Assembly (NCBI GenBank): GCA_027604505.1
Contig: JADIIX010000088.1
Coordinates: forward strand, 62,001-95,675
Origin: Gonapodya sp. JEL0774
Taxonomy: Eukaryota
Length of the DNA stretch: 33,675 bases
Direction: 5' to 3'
Numbering within the stretch: position 1 is the first letter of the stretch; each line of letters starts with the position of its first letter. The notes under the pieces were generated by a model. It searched no databases. It saw only the letters and a list, made by a program, of their open reading frames with translations, and was not told the DNA's origin. Positions 21,511 to 33,675 of this stretch are shown here, one piece after another. Both the position numbers and the translations under genes were made by a program.

Positions 21511-23630
21511 ATGCTCCAGACGCGGTTCGACATGTCACTGAAACAAGAAGAATCCAGTACCGTAAAGAGCGTCGAGCCGAGCGATGAGAATCACATGTTG
21601 CAATCCCACGCGATGCAATCTCTTCGCTCCGCGTTCTCACCTGCCTCGGGGGAGCCAGCGCCCTCTAGAGTGCCCCAGAACCTATCTTTGACGTCAGACC
21701 AATCGAACCAACCATGGCAATTTTGGAGTTACCAGCCCCAATTCCAAAACCAAAGCCAAACTGCCTCGCACGTGAGCGATTACAGACAATTGAGCTCGTT
21801 GGCGCTCGGTCAGCATCTGGGGCAGATGGGGCAAATGGGACAAGGCTCAACGGAGGGTTTGGAGAGGTTTGGACAATTGAAGCATTTGGAGCATCAGATG
21901 AGTGCACAATTGAGGCATGCGGGACAGAATATTGAAAGGCAAGGTGCTGGCCAGCTGGAGCAAATGCCGAAAAATGAACTTGGTCCGAACGGACAGGTTC
22001 CTCACTCCAACAACAGCCAATTAGGACAACCCGACCAAATTCGACATCAGATTGATCAATATGGGCAAATGACGACAGCTCAGCTCCGACATCTGGAGCA
22101 ACAGTTTGGACTGAACCCTCTTCCCCAATCAGACGGTGTTGGTCAATATCGTAGTTTTGTGAACACCAACTCCCCACAAAACCAGCATCAAATTCACCAA
22201 TACCAACTGCAGCATCAGCAGCAGCAGCCCATGCAGCACCAGTACCAGCTTAGCCAGTCGTCCTCTGGTTTTGCGCCATACGGTTCGAATCACCCACAGG
22301 CACCGCCCGGTTTCTCGTCCTCATACCTCAATCCCTCCCCCGATACTCATTCTGTCGTTTACGTTGGTGGCTATCCGCAAGGGTTCTTGCACTCAACCGT
22401 TCCACCCAATGGAGCTCAGAACTCCACGCCAACAGCCGCATCCTCCGGGGCAGGCAGTCCCGTTTCCTCCAGTACCACCTCCACCCCGGCACCGACTACC
22501 TCCAAGCCTCGATCCCGCGCACGCGCCCGATTACCCGCCGCTCAGAGCACTGATGGCTCAAACGAAACTCCAGGTTCTGTTCCTGCAGGACCTAAGGTCG
22601 TGAAACGTCACGAATGCCCCCATCCTGGCTGCGAAAAGGTTTTTTCCACATCTGGTCATCTGGCAAGGCATGCCACGAGTCACTCGGGAGAGAAGCCCCA
22701 CGCGTGTCTTGTTGAAGGATGTGACAAGAGGTTTGGAAGGAGAGACAATATGATGGCGGTGAGTTCATTTGAGAGAACGTTTGAAGCGGGACAATGGTCA
22801 CGTCGATGACGGTAGTGTCCCAGACGATGAGCTCTTGTCTGGTGCCATCGATTGTTATAATGAGGAAACCAACTTGGTATTGGAGGGGAGGGCAGTGGTA
22901 GCGCTGTAAATTTGGTCATTGTCTGACAGACTTCACCGGGATCACCCAAACCATCTTGATCGCAATCCAGCACTATCGTACTCATGCACGTAGCTTAGGC
23001 TCACCCCCCGCCGACCTGCCCCCTCCCCGAGTCCGGGGCAAGAACCCTTCCTCTAAGAGGCACCGTAGTGGAGCGGCCGCCGCTGTGACCGCACAAACGA
23101 CGACGTCGACGGGTACGGGGTCGGAGGATGGATTTGAGAGGGAAGGAGAAGGGAACTCAGAGCGAGCAGAGGCACAGATGAATGGGTCTGTTGGGGATTA
23201 TGAAGAGCACCTGCAGGAGGAAGTGGATACCAAGGATAGGCACGCAAGTGCTGCTACGCTGACCACGGCGACATTCCATTACCCCATCTACTCGACCACA
23301 GCTCAAGCAACGCCTCATGCGCACATGCCAATGGGCAACGGGTTCTCCTTACCTCCCAATCACAACTCCATCCCAGCGAATATATCTTGGGGACCCATGC
23401 AAATTGCCGCAAATGGTGGTTTTCATGGAGTAGACCCAGCGAACTGGTGGTCAGCTCTCGGCACATCTGGAGCTGTGGCGAATGGGGCAGCAGGGTTAGT
23501 TCAATTCGGGGCCGCGGGGGACAACAAACCTCCACCAAATGCGTCCACATCTTCGTATGTTGGGCAGGGACCTCGTGATGATGGTAGTGCAGATCGGGAT
23601 GTGCAGGAAAGAAATATCGAGGGTTTATAG
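21511..23630 (+). CDS. Two-finger C2H2 transcription factor (Nrg1-like) with Gln-rich N-terminus; intron 22759-22970
   Basis: HECPHPGCEKVFSTSGHLARHATSHSGEKPHACLVEGCDKRFGRRDNMMA|HYRTH. The intron restores the second finger. Start is ATG 21511 or 21532. Confidence 0.9.
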
Positions 23631-23861
23631 CAACTGTTCGATCAGTAATGTGTAATAGCCGTAAGATTTTGAGATTCGAGCTTACCTATGTCACGTTTCA
23701 ATGAACAAGTACATCGCTGAGGAAAGAGAGAGTATTAGTTATTTTGGATCTTCTGATGTTCTCTGCGTCAGATGTAAGAGTCCCACCAGCCCCTGCCTTT
23801 CACCCAAACTCGCTCGCAATTCCAAGCCGAGACACGCCCGTTTTCAGATCACAGCAATACA

Positions 23862-26514
23862 ATGGAGAATGCAAAGTATCCGTGGGAATCCGACAATCTC
23901 ACCCCGGAGGACATCAAACATATCAACAACACGTTCGAACTGTTTGGAACAATCCCCACTGTGTCAAGCGCCCTGCTGATTCCATCTCCCGATGAGATCT
24001 CGATTTCAATTCAAGCTACTTTTCAACAAAGAGATTATTCCACATTCACGAGAAGAAAATACTCACAAACTTTCACCGGGGTTCAGAATAGTTCAAATTC
24101 GAATGCATTCACCTTCTTGCCACCGACATACCCCTCAGAGTTAGAATCATCTCTTGCTCTGGTCTCCATCTCCCCGAGTGGAAAGTTCGTCGCTCAGGGT
24201 CGGATCCTCACCGCGGATTCTAAGAAAGGAACACCGAAACGACTTGTAATAGAGTTTGTCAACCGCTCACACGGTTTGGTAACCTCTACCATTGAAGTTA
24301 CACGATATCATGGGAATTTCTACTCCGACTCGTTCTTTGGTGCCCCTTCGGGCATATCTTGGAACGAAGATGAAGACAAGATCGTCTACGTTGCTGAGGC
24401 ATCGTCCCAGAAAGAAAGGACCGTAGAGAAATTTCTGATGAACGCTGATTGGGGAGAAACGTACACTGGCAAGCGGAAACCAGTGATCGTTGTGGTCAAC
24501 AGAGACTCTGGCATCGTCTCGGTCATCAATTCCTCGGGCATCTCCCCGGGACAGCCAATATTTTGTTCAGGAAGACTTGTTTTCCACGCCCTAACTGAGA
24601 CGGTACCACAAAATGGTTCAGTCTATTGCTTCAACCGACCCGGCGGGATCTACTCTTGCAATTTTGATGGAACCGACCTTCAATGCCTCTCTAACCGACG
24701 TAAGCACTCGATTGGTGACAATAACGGTGATGCCACTTTGGCTGCATTTTAATACTTCCTATGAACTGGATCAGCGGAGCTGCAACTCGATGGCGCCCGA
24801 TCGCCCCGTTTGATTAGGCAAAAAGATGGCAGTCACAGACTCTTGTTCTTGTCCAATCCTGTGATTAACGCGTCACACAACTCTTGTGCTACATTGTATG
24901 AGGTGAATACAATGCGAGCTTTGTCAATGAATTATGTGAACACATTTGAGTACTACATGCCTAGTTGAACCTGTCCAACCTACATCCGCGCGTGGTTGTG
25001 GCGCCCGTCATGAAACCCACATCGTCGTCCACTTTTCCAGGTCTTTATGTGGAAAGTCTTTTACCGAATCCTGTACTCACGGTTCCAGAAGCTGCTGGCG
25101 CTTCTCGACAGTTTTTGATACTGACAACACCGTGGAGGAGCACGAAGCGAATGGTGTGGGTTGATCTTGTGACCGGAGATATAGGCAAGGTTGAACCTGA
25201 GGAAGGTTGCAAACTGGAAAGCTGGACGGCTCTGGACTTGGTTGGAAACGTGATTGTTGCCCTGAAGAGCGAGCCAAACGTTCCCGGGGAGCTGGTGGGT
25301 GCTTTGGTATTGCTTGTAAGAGTAGCCAACTTTCTGGTCTTACTTGTTACCGTTGTGCTGCGTTCGGAAGTTTCTCGTGCAAGCACATTTGACTGCTGGT
25401 GCTTCTGTATTGACATTTACATTTCAGCCAGTGTACCAGCCACCGTTCCCCCTTCTAAAAGGTCTCACCTACACTATCTTATCATCACCTACATCCTCAT
25501 CGTTGGAGACTATCATCGTCCAACCGTCCCAAAAGTCAAATCTTTCCGTTTTGAAAGCTTTGGATTCACCTCCTCTGGTAGTGGTGCCACATGGTGGTCC
25601 AAACAGTGCCTTTCAAACCGAATGGGCATTGAGTACAACGGTTTTGGCTGCTCTTGGATTCTGCGTGGCGCTGGTGAACTACACAGGGTCTATTGGATTT
25701 GGACAGGAGGCGATCAAGTAATTCTTTCTTTTTTTTGGATTGAAGTCGCCAGTTCTCTAGACCCTGAACCCGTCGATATCGATTTACAGTGCCCTCGTCT
25801 CTCGCATAGGAACGCTCGACGTTTCGGACGTTCATTCGATTGCGCTCTTCCTCGCTCAACAGTCCGGAACCAAGAATGTTTTCCTTTATGGCGGAAGTCA
25901 TGGTGGTTTCATCACTGGCCATCTGATTGGAACCGAGCCAGAGTTTTATCGTGGAGCGGTATTGAGAAACCCTGTGGCCAACATCGGACTGCTGGCGCAG
26001 GTGAATTGAGTTGCGATGGACGTGAGGTCGAAGATGACATTTTTCACCTTTCTCTGCAGATTTCCGATATTCCGGATTGGTGAGCTTGTAGTCAAGAGTT
26101 TGGTTTGCCTTGCGTTGAGGATAGTGCTTCTCTCCAGGGGTTTTGAGTGTGTTGGAATTCCTTACGACTTCAACAAACCCTCCATTCTCACACCAGATCA
26201 CTACACCGCTTTCTGGGTGAAGTCGCCGATGTCGGGAGTGGAGAAAATTAAAACTCCGACGCTGTTTTTACTCGGTGGTGAGATCTTCAAATGCTCTGGA
26301 AACCGAAGTTGTAGTATCCCAAACCGTTTCTTCAGAAAATGACCGCAGGGTACCCAACGCCGATGGTCTCAATTTGCACATGCACTTGAGAGCTCGAGGG
26401 AAGGAGAGCCATGTGCTGTCTTTTCCGGAAACTGGCCATCCCCTTGACAGTATTGAGGCCGAGAGATTCGGATTTGAAGCGCTGGCAACATTTTTGATTT
26501 CTAAAACGAGATAG
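23862..26514 (+). CDS. APEH: Acylamino-acid-releasing enzyme (peptidase S9C), multi-exon
   Basis: DWGETYTGK propeller motif, PLVVVPHGGP, LVNYTGSIGFG, catalytic GGSHGG, LRNPV, DIPDW, DRRVP (Asp), GHPLD (His). Confidence 0.93.
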
Positions 26515-26647
26515 TGCCGGCACGCTGTGTTTCCTTGTCGGTTCCATTGAAATACAATTGTTCAAGTGTACCCAACGTCGATCATGGTGTCAATTTGCAC
26601 TAGCACTCGAGCGAGAGCTCGAGGCAAGGTTAACGACCACGCCATTC

Positions 26648-27485
26648 ATGAACAAAATGATGGGCTTGGATACCATCGCTTCAGCCAAAGTTATCCGTAG
26701 CACTGATCCGACTGTGGTTGTTGCGTATGGAGATGCTGTCGTGCGATCTCAAGATTTGGTGAGTGATGAATGGTTCACAGAGCCATACATGGTTCACCTT
26801 GAGCACCATTCACCATGAACACCTCCAGGCATCCGTTAAGAATCCCTCCTACCTCACTGATGCAGTGATTGACCTGTGGTTCGAACTCCTTGAAGACTTC
26901 CCCGCGCGTCGTGACGCGAATGCGCATGTCTCCTTCCATTTTCTCCGTCCATCCATCTCTCATTTGATGACATACATCTCAGATGCCCGTTATCTGCAGC
27001 AGGCGCTCCCGAAAGTCGATTTCCAGACGGCTGTTTTCATTCCCGTCAACAACAACGCCGATGTGAACTCGGCGGGGGGCACGCACTGGTCGATGTTGGT
27101 GTTCTTTCGTCCATCGAAGACGTTCTACTACTATGACTCTGCGCGAAATATGAACAAAGCGTTCGCTATTCGCACGATCCAAAAAGTCAAGGAATCACTT
27201 CTTCCCGGCGGTGGAAGCGACGAAAGGTTTGTGGAACCGGGATTTGCACAACAACAGAACGGATACGACTGTGGAGTGTATCTTCTGATTGCCACGGAAA
27301 TTCTTGTGACCAGGCTGATGAAGCATTTCTCAGCTGGTGGTGACTGGACAGCCACTTCGGTGGTGACACCGGATGACATTGCATTCTGGACTATCTCGGA
27401 AGCAGATATGACAGGGGCCGGTGTTGAATACAAGCGGCATGACATTGTAAACACAATTGACAAAATTGCATCATTCTCGCCGTAG
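26648..27485 (+). CDS. SENP8: NEDD8-specific protease (Ulp1/C48 family), 2 exons (intron 26759-26828)
   Basis: VVAYGDAVVRSQDL|ASVKNPSYLTDAVI, FIPVNNN...GGTHWSMLVF, YYYDS, QQQNGYDCGVY. Short protein with no N-terminal extension. Confidence 0.92.
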
Positions 27486-27634
27486 CCCGAATCCGGTCTA
27501 CTACTTTGGTCGAGGGTTTTCAGGTTTTCCCGGTGTGATCGGGGTGTGGCGGAGTTGCCATTCCCTCCTTCGATAAACCCGACCACCAACCCATCACACC
27601 CAACACGATCGCCACGCTGGAGTGTATTACATCA

Positions 27635-29474
27635 ATGCTTGCTCAGCCTCTGGACAAAGCATCAACAACTTTCGCGTGCTCCAACGAACCCATCGAATCC
27701 AATGCCCAATCCGCTTCAACTGCTATCGCTTTCGTCATCGCAACAGCTTTTGTCCATTCCCTGTCACCCACCAAGCTCGAAACAGTTGAAAATGGCTTGA
27801 TTGGCATCACTCGAAATGGATTGATAGCTTTCATTGAGGATGTGGGCAATGGTGCCACCGGTTTCCTCTTGGACGATTCCAATTTGGTTGGGGACGCCAT
27901 TCAGCAGCTTATGAACCAATGGGGTTTCAGACGTGACCAAGTAAGGGCTCGCACAAGCTTTTTTTTTCGTAACGTGTTTTGCAAGAATGCTCTTTGGGTG
28001 AAAACGATCATCTCCAATCCCATTCGCCTGGTAAGGTCATCATGGCACCATCTTCTCACTTCCTGATTCCAGGGTTCGTAGATACCCATACGCATGCTCC
28101 CCAATACGTTTTCTCTGGCACTGGGATGGACCTCACCCTCCTTGACTGGCTGCAAACATATACTTTCCCATTCGAGGCAAAGTTTTCCTCCCCCACCTTC
28201 GCACGAAACATGTACGAGAAAGTTGTTGATACTCACATCGCTGCTGGTACTACAACTGGTATGTGAGGGCGCTTTTCAGTGGTTACCTTTGTAATCAAAT
28301 CTGATCATTACCAATCGAATTAGCGAGCTACTTTGGCACCATTCACTTGGAGAGCAGTAAAGTTCTGGCGAACATTCTCGAGGAGAAGGGCCAGCGGGCA
28401 TTTGTCGGAAAGGTGAACATGTGAGTCAATTGCGCCACCCAAAGCTGACTTCGAGGACTTCCCTCATTCCATGTGTGCTGACAGGGATCGCAACTCCCCA
28501 CCAATATTATGCGAGACAACTGCCTCTTCTATCTCCGGAACAAAAGAGTTCATCGAATATCTGTGCAGCCAGGAGGCTGTACAGCGCCATGGCGGACTTC
28601 TTACTCCAATCCTCACCCCTCGCTTCGTACCTACGTGCTCTCCCGAACTAATGGGTGTGCTCGGTAAACTTGCACGAGAACACGATCTCCCTGTGCAAAG
28701 CCACATTAGTGAAAACAAGGACGAGGTTTCGTGGGTGAAAGAATTGCACCCATCGCTCGAGGGCTATGCTGGTACGTGATGCGATTCACGACCCAGTTTA
28801 CTAATCACGATCCAGTTTACTGCAAGCCTTTCCGTGGATGGTAATGCATCTCGATTCTAGACACATACGACCACTTCGGGCTATACACTTCGAAAACTAT
28901 TCAAGCGCACGCAGTTCACTTGACAGATGCTGAAATGGCGCTAACTCGGGATCGTGGTGTTGGGATATCTCATTGTGCCAACTCGAACTTCTCACTAGGA
29001 AGTGGCATGGCTCCTGTCCGGAAGATGATGAAGATGGGGATTAAAATGAGGTAATCCTTGAGTTCCCTGGAGTCACCGGCGAGTCTCACTGAACCTCTAC
29101 ACCCGCACAGTTTGGGCACCGATGTGGCTGGCGGCTATGCAGTCTCAATGCTGGACGCAATCCGGCAATCGATAACGTGCTCCAAAGTCGTGTCCATAAA
29201 CTCGCACAAATCCCATCCGGTCGCTCCACTCACCGTACCAGAGGCTTTTTACCTTGCTACTATTGGAGGTGCCCAAGTTATGGGCATGGAACATACTGTG
29301 GGAAATTTCACCGTGGGCAAGGAGTTCGATGCGGTGTTGGTGAACCCCACCGTAAAGGGCCCCCTTCGAGTGTTCGAACACGACCATTTGAGCGCACTGT
29401 TCGAGAAATATCTCTTTCTGGGTGATGATCGAAACACTGAAGCCGTTTGGGTTCGGGGGAAGAAGATTCTATAG
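27635..29474 (+). CDS. GDA: Guanine deaminase (amidohydrolase family), multi-exon
   Basis: LIPGFVDTHTHAPQY, LLDWLQTYTFPFE, GTTTASYFGTIH, GQRAFVGKVNM, TPRFVPTCS, QSHISEN, LGTDVAGG, GDDRN...VWVRGK. Confidence 0.95.
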
Positions 29475-29610
29475 CTCTATTGTTTATAGTACACGTGGAA
29501 TAAGCGGATGTGATATAAATCAAACAGTGATTTGCAGTGCAGTGTTTTTCCTCTCGATGATTGCTTGTGACGGTTGAATATGTACAGTGTCGCAGTGGTG
29601 TGAGAGGAGC

Positions 29611-32600
29611 TTACTCGTTCCCCTCGCTCACGTCGTGTGAATTATTGGACGTTCCAGACGACCGTCTAGATCTTCGCTGACGGTTCCGCCGACTTTCGAA
29701 GCAGTTTTCGCAAATTCGTTCCTTTCATCGGAAACATTTTTTTTGGTGAGGATTCTCTCAACCTATCTCTCAGCTCTCGAACTCACTGAACGGTCCTTTT
29801 TGACTCGCCGAACCCTTGTTTGTGTACCGTTGCAGCCACACACGGAGCACTTCCACGCCATGAGATCTCTTAGGCGCTTTTCTTCAGGTGATAAGACTGG
29901 CACTGACTGGTCGGCACCAGACCTGCGCCGAGCGTCCTCCTGTGGTTCCGGTGTGAACGATGTGGAAGGGAGATTGGGCATGGGAATGGAGTACGGTAGT
30001 TCTGCTTGTGCGGCTATCTGCGCCCAAAGACGTGCCGACTTTTGCTCCGAGGGTGGGCGGGCTGCCGCGATTTGCTCAAGGGTCACACTGTCCCTGGGTG
30101 CATCTATGGTCGTTATTGTGCTAACCGCGGGACCAAGAAGAGGCCCCTGCTCTACCCCACTGTGCGTCGCTTCATTCGGATATGCGTCACCTCCCGACCC
30201 TACGGCCACCGCTTGTTGCGAGTTGCGGGAAGGTTGCTCCTGGACCGAAGCTGATGACCAAAAATGCATCCGCCCACCAAGCTTGGAAGATTTTCTTTTC
30301 GGCACCGGAGGTGGCGAGGGTGAGTGCGATTCCGGTTTGAGCGGCTCCAACGGTGATTCTTCCCGCTCCGCGGCGGCCGCCACCTCGAAATCTCCGGGGC
30401 CCCATTTCCGCCCCGCAACATCCATGCCGGCCGAAGTGCTGTTTCGGGAAACGACTCCTGACCATTGACGAGACGGCGGCCCTTGTTCGTGGAATCCATC
30501 CTCACTTGACCGAACGCACCAGCGCCTCGAGGTAAACCAGAGACACAGTGTGGCCGCCACGCCGAACACCACACCTCCCGCGATGATTCCAGCGAGTGCA
30601 GCTGTGGGGAGGCCCCCGTTCGAGTCGTTCGTGGGAGTCAATGAAGTGGAGGTTTGGGTTGGTGATTTGGTCGAGGTGTTTGTCGTGGTGAGGATTCTAC
30701 GAGGTGGGTCAATGAGCAATGACATCGGTTCTGAATCCGAGAGCTCGCACCAAAGATATCAACTCACAGTGTCTGAGTCTTCCACGTCCCGTTCCTACCG
30801 TCACATTGCGAAAACGCGACGCTACTTCCAGCCTATCACGGTGACGAATGTGGCAGGTCACCTTTCATCACGTTGAAAATCGCCACGTGCGACGGCCCTT
30901 GACACACCAAAAAGACTCACCACATCCACGCCAGTCGCCCCCGAACTCTGCAAGCACAATTGCTCGGGCGTCGCCGTTTTCACCGTCAAACTTCCGTCGC
31001 CGGCGATTCCCTTCAACCCCAGCAAGGTCGCTGGCGACGGTTGCCCGTTCAGCAAGCACGGCGCGAGCATGGCCAGCGTCCCACTGCCACTGGAAAGACA
31101 CGCCGCTGACGTGGAAGAGTACGTCACGTTGGGAGCCCACGACGAGAACGCCTGGAGTTGGAACCGTGTGCACGAAGCTGTGTTGGAGGGGATCAACACT
31201 GCCAAGCCCGTGACGGGTGCCCCGGCACATATGGGGACAAAGACGTCGGACGAGTTGGTGCTGGGAGAAGGAGGGAGGAGAGAGCACGTCGATGTGTTGC
31301 ATGTGAGGACCAAGGAGGAATTGTACGTGGAGGAAGCTCCTGTTGGGGGTGCAATGAGGCGGAGGGGAGCACCGACGGTCTGCGTGGTAAGACAACCAGA
31401 CGAGATCCGTGAGCCAGGTGTTAGTTTTATCGCAACTCCAAGCATGCGACCATGCACGTTTCAGCCACCCGACAAACAGAGTCTCACCACAAAATCAGAC
31501 ACAGGTGCCGTTGTCACCGTGGCTCCCTGTGACCCTCCTGTCGTCGTCGTCGCTGGGGGTCTCGATTCTTCCGAGGCCTAAAAAAGGTGACGTCCCGCGA
31601 TCAATATGGACGAGGGTTCGACGGCAAATCTCACGACAAAAGCGGGATTAACGCACTGTAGCCACCGTTGGTGACGGCGAAAGTGAGGAGTCGGCAGGGG
31701 TTGTAGGTGGAGGCGGCGGCGGTGGTGCCGGTGGTGGGACTGGCGTTGGTGCGTTGGGCGTCGCTTGAGGGTCAGCGGACGCTGAAAGAAGCCAAACAAA
31801 AATGAATTTGTGTTCTAGCTCTGTTGACCGACCCGGCCACTGTTCGAGAAAACCCCCGCACTACGTGACTCGACCCCGACCGCACGCGCACCCACCGAGT
31901 GTCGTCGCAGACGCCGACGTTGCATCGCAGGAAGTGCCGGCGAAGCACAGGAAGTTACACTCGACGTACCCGGTCTAAATAGACAACAACAACAAAAAAA
32001 AAGAAAACAATGTTGTGTGCGCGTCATCAGATCATGTTCACTCTCAAAGAGCTCCAAAAAACCTGTCGCTAACCGGATTGCATCCCGGCACCCACCTGGC
32101 ACTGTACGTGGCAGTACCCGTCCCCGCCACAAAACCGCCACATTTCGTTGGCGACGGTGTCTGCGGTGGATGCGACGCATTGGTCCGACGTTGTGCATGG
32201 GATGACGTGGTTGAGGCCTAGGAGAAGAAAGCCGCACCGGAAGTGATTTCCAGAAACCAAAACAGAAAAATAATTGTTCCGCTGTTTGTGTGTGTGTGTA
32301 TGTGTGTGTTTTCCCTGATGATGACATGTATGAGTTTCACCCAGTTTCCAGGTGAGCTCAGGGACGCCCGACCAGCGAGGACCTCACGACCACGACCACG
32401 ACCACAAAGCAAAGCGCGGTTTTTTCCCTCTTCCCTCCGTCCCCCCACCCCCGCCAGGTCCCCCACTCACGAGCATCAGGAGCAGCGAATGCGCGCGGGA
32501 AGAGGAGGAGGAGGACGACGAGGAGTGCGGGCGGGCGTAGTGCGGGAGCGGGGCGGGAGACGATGCGCGCGGGGGACACGATGGCGGGCGCGGACGGGGG

Positions 32601-32624
32601 AAATGGGAAGATTGTGGTGGACAT
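29611..32624 (-). CDS. Type-I single-pass membrane protein (704 aa, 9 exons): signal peptide, Cys-rich module, ricin-B-like region, TM, cytoplasmic GATA-like C4 zinc finger
   Basis: Exons 32624-32471, 32217-32096, 31974-31896, 31781-31657, 31577-31488, 31379-30921, 30832-30768, 30696-29787, 29721-29611. All are GT-AG and phase-consistent, with no internal stop. TM segment AALAGIIAGGVVFGVAATLCLWF. Confidence 0.75.
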
Positions 32625-32881
32625 GGTGCGCTGTGGTGGGCGGCGGCGCGCGCGGGACGGGTGGGGTCGGGTGGTGGGGGGATTTCGTGTGGGGTGGGTG
32701 GGGTTGACAGGCAACGGTCCCTGAGTACGGCGGCTTTGGCCAAGTCAGTCGACAGAATCAGTAAAATTTATTTATTCATTACTGTGTTTACAGTGGAGGT
32801 AAAAAGCAACAGTATGACATAGGGAAAAGAGCATTTACTATTGAAGATTAATGAGCAAGTAATTCATGCGCTTCACCCGTG

Positions 32882-33675
32882 TCACACCGGGTTGGATATA
32901 TATATGCCGCACTCCCAACCAGCTCCTACACTCGTAGTCTTACTAGTCCAATACTGAAGTACAAAACAAGTGGGCAATAAGCGTGGGCAAGAAGCAAACT
33001 CAGATCCACAAAATTTATGTCCCCCCATTGTCCCCTTGTTTTCATCTCATCTCGTACGTACAGCGCACACCGATGCCACACAGGTACGTACATATGTACG
33101 TATGTACAGCTCAAGACCCGGTGACCCCCCCAGGGCCCAGGCAGGACCTCGCGGTGAGGGAACAAGCCACCATGGGTTGAGTATATAGAGAGCGGTGGTT
33201 GGGGAGCCGTGGCGAGGTGGGAAATGGGTAAAAAGTCAAGACCCGCACCGAGTGCGGACGTTCCCAATAGTTCAAGAGTCACATACTTCAAATGTTCTAC
33301 GCTTCCAAATCTCCATTGCTCACTCACACCACCTCACTTCCTCTCTCAGCCACTGTCACCCCACCTCACCGCACCGGACTCCCCCCCCACCCCCTCCCCC
33401 CCACCATCCCCCCCCGTCCCACCCCCTGCCGCACGCCCACCCTTGCCCTGGTCCCCCTCTCGACCTGTCTGGCCCTGTCGGATTCCTCACGACGGATTTG
33501 GTCAAGGGTGGCAGAGGGTTGGGCGGCCGTGGTGGTGGTGGCGGGGGGGAAGAGGGTCGACGGGAAGGAGGTGGAGGAGGTGGAGGAGGTGGACGGCGGA
33601 ACCGGGGTGACAGGGGTGGATGAGGCGGCGGAGAGGATGGGGAAGGGGGGTGCTGGCAGGAGGCAGGCGGGGGGG
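32882..33675 (-). CDS. 3' part of an unidentified gene entering from the right edge (exons 33675-33441, 32953-32882)
   Basis: Open S/T/P-rich frame ending LDQIRREESDRARQVERGTRAR, a phase-0 GTGGGC...TTCAG intron, and last exon YWTSKTTSVGAGWECGIYISNPV*. Confidence 0.5.

Noticed and set aside
31896..32217. Hevein/CBM18 chitin-binding call for the Cys-rich module
   Set aside because: Lacks the CCS..G.CG signature; left as an unidentified Cys-rich module.
33085..33102. Perfect 18-bp palindrome tacgtacatatgtacgta
   Set aside because: Part of a degenerate TACG/TACA/TATG microsatellite inside a predicted intron; palindromy is expected from the unit composition.
1..33675. CRISPR array, rRNA or prokaryotic operon
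   Set aside because: No regularly spaced repeats or rRNA motifs; the genes are spliceosomal-intron type.

Overview
Intron-rich eukaryotic DNA, most consistent with an early-diverging fungus (inferred from short GT-AG introns and fungal-type gene families). Host genes: a large disordered-protein exon running off the left edge; a DMAC1/DUF4536-like gene; a filamin-repeat + VWA gene; a carboxypeptidase Y-like S10 peptidase; an Nrg1-like C2H2 factor; APEH; SENP8; guanine deaminase; a 9-exon single-pass membrane protein; and a partial gene at the right edge. A CpG-depleted transposon island (about 3.8-14.2 kb) holds a decayed, intron-containing gene of about 1000 aa with Fanzor1/TnpB-like motif order and a strong 3' hairpin (candidate omegaRNA), a tRNA-Ala(CGC), and a decayed, truncated Ty3/Gypsy element. 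The top leads are the Fanzor-like relic, the membrane protein coupling a lectin-like ectodomain to a cytoplasmic GATA-like zinc finger, and a probable 2-nt microexon in the carboxypeptidase. All splice models and alignments were done by eye; no searches were run.
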